A stretch of DNA of 64,000 bases from a virus. This document shows positions 58,421 to 64,000 of this stretch, in pieces. The stretch covers positions 51,161-115,160 of the IMG/VR virus record IMGVR_UViG_3300049218_000313. One strand, 5' to 3'. The translations under genes were made by a program, and so were the position numbers. Each line of letters opens with the position of its first letter. Within the stretch, counting starts at the first letter, position 1. Below the pieces are notes generated by a model. It had not been told where the DNA came from, made no database searches, and saw only the letters and a program-made list of their open reading frames with translations.

Positions 58421-59731
58421 TCACTGCAGCACGACCAAGTACTTGGACGCGCGTGTGATTGCTGTGTAAAGGGCTCTCTTCTTCGTGTCGAAGTCCATCG
58501 CCCTCGGCACGTCGTTGACGACGATCACGTGTTCGTAGCTTGAGCCTTGCGCCTTGTGAATCGTCATGGCGTAGCCGTAATCCATCAGCAGCCCGATGCT
58601 GTCCCAGTTATGCACGCGCCGACCGGTGAGCCGCAGGTAGTCATTGAAGTCCTTGATGGTGCCGGGCTGTCCGAACTGTGCTCGGCAGATGGGGCCCTCC
58701 ACCTCGATCTCTTCGTCCTCGAAGAGGACCTTGCCGTAGTAGTTGTACTTCGTCTCGTAAGCGGGATCGAGGTGCGTGATGATGCCGCGCATTCCGTTGA
58801 AGATGTGACCTTCGACGTTCTTCAGCAGGATGACCTGGTCACCCACCAGTGGGCCAGAGAAGACCGTCTTACCCCAGCGTGCGGTTCGCGCCAGGTCGTT
58901 GAGCGCGATGCGCTCTCGGTTGGTGAATACTAGCAAGCCCACGTCGTCGTAGCGCAGGCCCTTGTGGCCGAAGAGCGAGAAGACCACGTCGTGGAGCTGG
59001 TCGTAGGGAAGGACCTGCACTTCGTGGCCATCCGCGCAGAACCGGGGGATCTGTCCGGTACGACGCACGAGCGCGGACAGCGCCAGTATCGGGCTGTCCG
59101 CGGCCTGTCGGTGGATGGTCTCGAGCTTGTAGTCCGGGTTCTTCATCAGGTTGAAGTTGCCGGTGATGGGCGGCAGCTGCCCGTGGTCACCCACTGCCAG
59201 GATGGGAACGCCGTGGGCCTGCAGGTCGTCGAAGAGCGTCTTGTCGAGCATCGAGGCCTCGTCCACGACGATCAGGCTGTAGCTGTCGAGGTCGTAGCGC
59301 CGCTTCCACTCGACAAGAGCACCCGTCTTCGAGTCGGTGATCGGACGGTACAGGAGCGAGTGAAGAGTGCTGGTTTCATGCGCGAAGGCAACCACGCCAG
59401 CTTCAGCGAACTTCTTGCGAAGCACACTGGTCGCCTTGCCCGTGAGCGCGCAGAAGGCAACGCTCTCATCTCGGTAGTGGTGGGCCAGTACCGAGATGAG
59501 CGTGCTCTTGCCCACGCCAGCGTAGCCTCCGACCGTGAGCACGCCGCTGTCACCGCGGCGCTCGTACCAGCTGACGACGGCCTCGAACACCTCGCGCTGC
59601 TCCTTGCTCAGCGTGTTCTCGGCCATCTGTCCGCCCATCTGACGCTCGATGTCCGCGAGCAGCTCTTCTTCCTTCTTCACGAGCTTGGGTACGCGCGTGA
59701 ACTTGTACGGGCTGCCTTCCTTCTTCTCCAT
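58421..59731 (-). CDS. RecD/Dda-like SF1B DNA helicase
   Basis: GGYAGVGKS, ALTGKA, VVDEASM, VGDHGQLPPI, IHRQ, YAMTIHKAQGSSY, YTAITRA. Confidence 0.92.
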   Translation of the reverse strand: MEKKEGSPYKFTRVPKLVKKEEELLADIERQMGGQMAENTLSKEQREVFEAVVSWYERRGDSGVLTVGGYAGVGKSTLISVLAHHYRDESVAFCALTGKATSVLRKKFAEAGVVAFAHETSTLHSLLYRPITDSKTGALVEWKRRYDLDSYSLIVVDEASMLDKTLFDDLQAHGVPILAVGDHGQLPPITGNFNLMKNPDYKLETIHRQAADSPILALSALVRRTGQIPRFCADGHEVQVLPYDQLHDVVFSLFGHKGLRYDDVGLLVFTNRERIALNDLARTARWGKTVFSGPLVGDQVILLKNVEGHIFNGMRGIITHLDPAYETKYNYYGKVLFEDEEIEVEGPICRAQFGQPGTIKDFNDYLRLTGRRVHNWDSIGLLMDYGYAMTIHKAQGSSYEHVIVVNDVPRAMDFDTKKRALYTAITRASKYLVVLQ

Positions 59732-59934
59732 CAGGCAGGCCTCCTGCTCTCCAGGAAGTACAAGGTTTCGGTCCGCAGCTCGAGGTCAATGTCCATCTCG
59801 CGATAGCGCAGAGGCATCGCGGCGACCCTGGCCACTAGCTGCACCGGCGGTATGCGGCCGACCGCGTAGACGTAGAAGCGCTCAACTTCCAGTTGCTTTA
59901 GACCCAGCGGCGTTGTGCTTCTTCCGCTCCTCAT
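59731..59934 (-). CDS. Small hypothetical protein
   Basis: TGATG overlap with the helicase; start uncertain. Confidence 0.45.
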   Translation of the reverse strand: MRSGRSTTPLGLKQLEVERFYVYAVGRIPPVQLVARVAAMPLRYREMDIDLELRTETLYFLESRRPA

Positions 59935-60235
59935 CTTCCTTCTTCCTCTCCTTGAGCTCCTCGACCATGTTTAGGTAGCGGGCGACGGTGAGATCGTCGA
60001 ACCGCGACATCTCCGACTCAGCCATCTCCACCTTGTCCGTGCTGCGGCCGTACCGCACGTTTACGAGTGAGGCCATGCCGCGCCGGTCGAGAAACGCGAT
60101 GATGTTCTGCAGATGGGACGTCGTCATCTCCTCGATGAGCGTGCGCCGCTTGTCCTTGGACACCCAGAAGTACTCTTCCCCGTCGTACTCTTCGCCGGGG
60201 TCCTGGTCGTTGAGAATCTCAGCCATCTCTCCCAT
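59882..60235 (-). CDS. Hypothetical protein
   Basis: WVSKDKRRTLIEEMTTSHLQNII pattern; TGATG overlap. Confidence 0.7.
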   Translation of the reverse strand: MGEMAEILNDQDPGEEYDGEEYFWVSKDKRRTLIEEMTTSHLQNIIAFLDRRGMASLVNVRYGRSTDKVEMAESEMSRFDDLTVARYLNMVEELKERKKEDEERKKHNAAGSKATGS

Positions 60236-60681
60236 CAGCTTTTCCCCAAAACGGGGCCTCCTGGCAGCAGCAGTCCGCGCAGCTGTTCGATGCGTTCGAA
60301 CAGCTTCTCCATGAGGACCATGGTGGTCATCCCCTCGCCGCTCAGGGGCGACAGGTGGTCGTAGAGCTCCTCGAGCAGGCGACACCCGAACTCCAAGTCG
60401 CTCGCGTACGGCGGGAAGTTACCGGGCGAGTAGAGGTTGAGCGTCTTGCGCAGCTCGTCGTAGCTGTCGGTGAAGACACCGGTCTCTCCCTCCTTCACCG
60501 CCTTCCACGCTGCGTTAGCCACCCGCGATGCGATGCGGTAGCTACGCATCAAGCAGACGATGTTCTCACCGGCCTTCGCAGTTCCCTCGCGCATGATGTA
60601 CGCGGCCACCTCGGCATCGGTCATCCGTTCCAGCAGCTGGATCTCGCTATCCGGCATGTATGTCTTCCTCTTCGCGCTCAT
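60235..60681 (-). CDS. Hypothetical protein
   Basis: GC3-rich 148-aa ORF directly behind a terminator. Confidence 0.7.
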   Translation of the reverse strand: MSAKRKTYMPDSEIQLLERMTDAEVAAYIMREGTAKAGENIVCLMRSYRIASRVANAAWKAVKEGETGVFTDSYDELRKTLNLYSPGNFPPYASDLEFGCRLLEELYDHLSPLSGEGMTTMVLMEKLFERIEQLRGLLLPGGPVLGKS

Positions 60682-60698
60682 GAGCCTTCAAGTTCAGC

Positions 60699-60724
60699 TA
60701 AAAGAAGGGCCGCGAGCGCCCTTC
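60699..60724 (-). terminator. Intrinsic terminator
   Basis: GAAGGGC-N7-GCCCTTC followed by TTTTAGC. Confidence 0.65.
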
Positions 60725-60728
60725 AGAA

Positions 60729-61262
60729 CTACCTCGTAGCAACCTCGAAACAGGACGTGTGCCACACTTCTCCGCGGCTCCACATCCCGTACCTCCCGTA
60801 GACGAGCTTCTCTGCGCAGCCCGGGCAGTACGCAGGCTCGAGCACCGTGATGAGCCGGGCATCGGAGTCAGGCGCCACCCGGCGGGTACCAGGCACCGTG
60901 GGTTGAGGCGGAGGGGCAGCGGGCTGCTCGACATCGACGTCCCAGGGCTCGGTACCAGCCGGATAGGTTGGCGGCCGCGGAGGCCGCGGCCTTTTGGCCT
61001 CCCGGACCCTTGCCTCTCTGGCACGACGGTGTGCTGCCTTCTCGACCATATCGGCCAGGAAGTCTTCGAACGACTTGGCCTTGGTCGGAGCCTCCTCTTC
61101 TTGCGACACCGTCTCGGCTTCTGGCGGAGGAGGGTCGATGAGCTCGTGCTTCTCTATGAGGCGGCACGCCTTCACGGCCATGCTGCGCGCCTCATTCACG
61201 TTCGCCGCCGGGTCGTTGACGAAGGCGATGAGCTTGAGCACCGTGGCGCGCGGGTTCTCCAT
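60729..61262 (-). CDS. DUF2786-like N-terminal domain protein with C-terminal Zn finger
   Basis: VLKLIAF...AANVNEARSMAVKACRLIEKHEL; CPGC...WH..C. Confidence 0.6.
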   Translation of the reverse strand: MENPRATVLKLIAFVNDPAANVNEARSMAVKACRLIEKHELIDPPPPEAETVSQEEEAPTKAKSFEDFLADMVEKAAHRRAREARVREAKRPRPPRPPTYPAGTEPWDVDVEQPAAPPPQPTVPGTRRVAPDSDARLITVLEPAYCPGCAEKLVYGRYGMWSRGEVWHTSCFEVATR

Positions 61263-61266
61263 CGAC

Positions 61267-61803
61267 CTACTGCAGCTGGAGCTGCATCGTCTGCTTGAGG
61301 ATCTCCGACAGAGCTCGCAGTGTCTCGGGGATGAGGCAGTCGCTGCCGGGCTTGTGTGTCTTTTCGTGCGCGTCCGCTTCCTTGAGGATCTCTTCGACCG
61401 CGGTCGCGAGCTCCGACGCGCTGAATCCCTGTATCAAGCTGCTGGCCTGCTTGCGCGCCTCGACCCGGAAGCCCTCGATGTCCGTGGCTTTGCCGGCGTA
61501 TCTGAAGCGCGACACCAGCTCGTCGGTGCGCGGGCTCATCGCACTGGGCGCATGCTGCTGCGGCTGCGCCCCCAGGTTCTGCAAGATCTCGACGATCGGG
61601 TTCTGCTGCGACTCGCTGAGCTGGCCGAGTAGCACCACGCCGTTCTTCTCGTCGCTGAGCTGCACGGCGTAGCCCGCCGCGTGCATCTCGTTCATTGCAT
61701 CCTCGATCTTCGCGGCGTAGGCCTTGATGTCCTTGGGCCGGGGGACACCGATGACGCGGTACTTCTTCTTGTGACCTGCGGGGGCGTTGTTCTTCTTGAT
61801 CAT
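61267..61803 (-). CDS. Hypothetical protein
   Basis: GC3-rich; start MIKKNN. Confidence 0.7.
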   Translation of the reverse strand: MIKKNNAPAGHKKKYRVIGVPRPKDIKAYAAKIEDAMNEMHAAGYAVQLSDEKNGVVLLGQLSESQQNPIVEILQNLGAQPQQHAPSAMSPRTDELVSRFRYAGKATDIEGFRVEARKQASSLIQGFSASELATAVEEILKEADAHEKTHKPGSDCLIPETLRALSEILKQTMQLQLQ

Positions 61804-61810
61804 GGTGCTC

Positions 61811-62155
61811 TCACTGGGGCGACTGCCCGTCCTGGGGTGGGAACCTAAAGTACTTCTTCGCAGCGGCAACGGACATGGGCTTGTTCGCCCACCGCCAGAC
61901 GCGTTCGTAGGCGCTGTTGGCTGGGTCACTGAGCATGTGCGCGTCGAGCGTGATGCTCGCACCGCGCACATCCATGGGTCCCATGATGATGCTGTAGATG
62001 AAGAGCAGGCCGTCCCTACAGGGAGCTGCGAAGGGCGGCGGTTCGGGGGTGAAGCGCCCGCCGCATCTTTCGGCGGCCGACTCGAAGAAGGTGCTGTCGA
62101 TGTCGAGGAACTCGGCGTCGAGCCCCATGACGCGAACGTGGACCACAGTACTCAT
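61811..62155 (-). CDS. Hypothetical protein
   Basis: GGGAG RBS; first gene after a promoter motif. Confidence 0.65.
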   Translation of the reverse strand: MSTVVHVRVMGLDAEFLDIDSTFFESAAERCGGRFTPEPPPFAAPCRDGLLFIYSIIMGPMDVRGASITLDAHMLSDPANSAYERVWRWANKPMSVAAAKKYFRFPPQDGQSPQ

Positions 62156-62174
62156 GGGAAGGGTCTCCCTCGTA

Positions 62175-62205
62175 CTTCTTATCCCACCCACGCGCGGATT
62201 CTAGT
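62175..62205 (-). promoter_or_regulatory. ATAAG promoter motif
   Basis: gtgggATAAGAAG; the upstream AA sits 2-3 nt closer than in other copies. Confidence 0.5.
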
Positions 62206-62914
62206 AGCTTGGATCTTCGCTGTCGCTATCGCTGTACTCGACCAGCACCCCGGGTGTCGAGTAGACGTCGTCGCCAGCGTTGGCCGCGAACACGTCCCGT
62301 CGCCGGTACTCAGCAGGGCGACCCACGCTCATCACGTTGCGCGGCGTGAGCTTCTTGATGTGCCTACGCACGGTATCCGGGTCGAGGTCGAGACCCTCGC
62401 AGATGGCGACGAAGCTGGTGATGTACTTGCCGCCGCGCATACGCTGCTGCCAGTCGCTGGAACCAGGCACCTCAAGGAACAACCAGCGGTAGGCCTGGTC
62501 AGCCAGGACCTTCTGCACCATCCTCCGGCTGCCTTTATATAAAACCCAGTCGTAGGCAGCCCTGCGGATGATCTCGAGTAGCAGCGTCTTGCAGCCATTG
62601 ATGGTCTGGAGGGCGAGCTCCTCGTCCTCGGGGTCGCTCACTTCAAAGCGCAGGTCCTCCTCCGGGTCCCAGGCCGAAGGGGGCTCCGGCGCAGGCGGAG
62701 GGGGCGCGGGGATGCGCAGCACGAGCAGCTTGCCCATCTTCGCGGGGGGCTGGCTTGGCTGCTTCTTGGGCAGCAGCTTCTCGGCACGAGACAGGGCACC
62801 GCGCGCCTCCGCTACGAGCCTGGCAGGGGGTGCGGGGGGCGCCGGCGGGTTCGGTACCACAACGGGCGCACGCGCGATTCGGCACAAGGCCAGGTGGATG
62901 ACGGGTGCCAGCAT
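62201..62914 (-). CDS. Conserved phage protein, Pro-rich N-half and helical C-domain
   Basis: IIRRAAYDW...AYRWLF...SFVAICEGLDLDPDTVR; TGATG overlap with the upstream gene. Confidence 0.65.
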   Translation of the reverse strand: MLAPVIHLALCRIARAPVVVPNPPAPPAPPARLVAEARGALSRAEKLLPKKQPSQPPAKMGKLLVLRIPAPPPPAPEPPSAWDPEEDLRFEVSDPEDEELALQTINGCKTLLLEIIRRAAYDWVLYKGSRRMVQKVLADQAYRWLFLEVPGSSDWQQRMRGGKYITSFVAICEGLDLDPDTVRRHIKKLTPRNVMSVGRPAEYRRRDVFAANAGDDVYSTPGVLVEYSDSDSEDPSY

Positions 62915-63798
62915 CACGGGTTGACCGTGACCGAGAGCACCCCGTTCGTAATCCCGGGGTCGGGTATGTGGATGATGCTCTGGTCGCAGCGCGTGATGGT
63001 GAGCGTCGCGGTGCCTGGCCCCATCGCCACCAGAACTAGGCCCGCGTTGTTGATGTTCCAGCTGAGGACGTTGGGGTCGCTCGAGAGGAAGCGAATCTGC
63101 CCACCGCCCAGGCCCAGGTCTTCCCCGTCGCTTGCGTAGACGGTGAGGCCCACGTTCAGCTGGGTGCCCGCCGTCATGGTGTAGGGGCCCGGCGGGTCGA
63201 GCTCGACCAGGCTCACGATGGGGAAGATGAGGTCCGCCAGGTTGACGTTGGGCGCGTCGGGCACCTTGATGTGCCGCACCACATCTTCTTCTCCCTGTAT
63301 GGTCACGTCGAAGTGGCCGTTGCGGATCAGATTGAGCTGCATGTAGCCGGTGGCATCCGACCAGGCGACGACCCTCTCGGAGAGCACGGCGTTGCCGTCG
63401 AGCCACACCGGGTCGAACTTCGCGATGAAGTGAGCCTCGACGTATGCCTGTGGGGCGCCCGTCACATCCCGGAAATAGCCGTAGGCTGTGCATAGCCTCG
63501 AGTCGAGGGGCACCGGTGGCATGAGTAGCTGGGCTGCGACCTGGAAGGTGTTGTTGGCAGGCGCCGGTTCCACGACGATGAGCTGCGGGTTCGTGAATCC
63601 GACCTGGAACTGGTACATCCGCAGCTGGTAGGTCGTGCTGTCTGGCAGGTCGAAGCTGGCCAGGCCGTTGTTGTTGGTAGTCGCCTGCGCGATGAAGGTA
63701 GTGCCGTCCGAGGACAGCACACGCACATTCACCCCGGACACCGGGTTCTGCTGCGGTGTGGTGTCGAGGACGTAGACGTCGACGGTTGCGATGGTCAC
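62914..63798 (-). CDS. Structural protein with CnaB/carboxypeptidase-regulatory-like and Ig-like domains
   Basis: PVSGVNVRV...ATTNNNGLASFDLP..TTYQL; FLSSDPNVL...A.GPGTATLTI. Confidence 0.65.
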   Translation of the reverse strand: MTIATVDVYVLDTTPQQNPVSGVNVRVLSSDGTTFIAQATTNNNGLASFDLPDSTTYQLRMYQFQVGFTNPQLIVVEPAPANNTFQVAAQLLMPPVPLDSRLCTAYGYFRDVTGAPQAYVEAHFIAKFDPVWLDGNAVLSERVVAWSDATGYMQLNLIRNGHFDVTIQGEEDVVRHIKVPDAPNVNLADLIFPIVSLVELDPPGPYTMTAGTQLNVGLTVYASDGEDLGLGGGQIRFLSSDPNVLSWNINNAGLVLVAMGPGTATLTITRCDQSIIHIPDPGITNGVLSVTVNP

Positions 63799-64000
63799 AG
63801 CGTTCTCCTCACCGCGTACGGGATGTTCGGGACAACGACCGTGAACAAATCGTTCTGGCCGTTGTCTGCCGACAGCAGGTTGATGGAGGGGACGGTGGTG
63901 TCCGTCGGCACCTGCACGTCACGCGCGAGCGGGGTGCCGCCGATCGACACCGTGACCAGGGCCCCGCGGGCCAGCAGCAGCTCGGCGTGTCCGTGCTGGT
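63795..64000 (-). CDS. C-terminal end of a probable structural protein (5' end outside window)
   Basis: Open frame QHGHAELLLARGALVTVSIGG...AVRRTL*; stop overlaps the next GTG. Confidence 0.6.
   Translation of the reverse strand, partial: QHGHAELLLARGALVTVSIGGTPLARDVQVPTDTTVPSINLLSADNGQNDLFTVVVPNIPYAVRRTL

Noticed and set aside
1-64000. Stop-codon reassignment (seen in some jumbo phages) as the cause of broken genes
   Set aside because: TAG, TGA and TAA all terminate intact genes, large ORFs are uninterrupted in code 11, and the breaks are frame changes rather than in-frame stops
1-64000. tRNA, rRNA, integrase or IS elements
   Set aside because: No cloverleaf/T-loop motifs in the short intergenic gaps and no recombinase or transposase motifs in any ORF

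Overview
The whole window is a 64-kb internal segment of a large, GC-rich (about two-thirds G+C by eye) tailed phage with a contractile-tail type baseplate. It is probably a jumbo myovirus. A Myxococcota-like host is my inference from GC content and lipoprotein signals only. I see no host housekeeping genes, tRNA, rRNA, integrase or CRISPR array. Layout: (1) 1-4.8 kb, + strand recombination operon (RecA-like C-terminus, Hjc-like resolvase, solo Cas4-like Fe-S nuclease, UvsY-like mediator, RusA), ending in a lipoprotein gene. (2) 4.8-31.3 kb, - strand virion block: an 1837-aa Ser/Thr-rich protein built of about 60 21-aa repeats plus a fibre-accessory cassette, two further fibre/receptor-binding proteins, baseplate wedge, baseplate J-like and gp25-like genes. 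This block is interrupted by a thyX unit, a stand-alone InPase-domain gene and an antisense Zn-ribbon gene. (3) 31.4-50.1 kb and 53.9-62.9 kb, dense - strand accessory genes: RNase HII, HAD nucleotidase, MazG-like, DEDDh exonuclease, DHH phosphoesterase, HicA-like, RecD/Dda helicase, a lipoprotein-endolysin-holin cassette, more than 20 CxxC microproteins and several frameshifted genes. (4) An isolated 1169-aa structural gene and a + strand island led by a GT-A glycosyltransferase. Most notable: a bipartite promoter-like motif (AAR-N18-ATAAG with a G-rich run before ATAAG) and terminators all ending TT..TAGC that delimit gene modules; the giant repeat fibre and a possible phage-encoded virion glycosylation system; the InPase gene in the baseplate operon; and a ThyX with an altered signature motif. 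All family calls come from motif recognition by eye, not from database searches.
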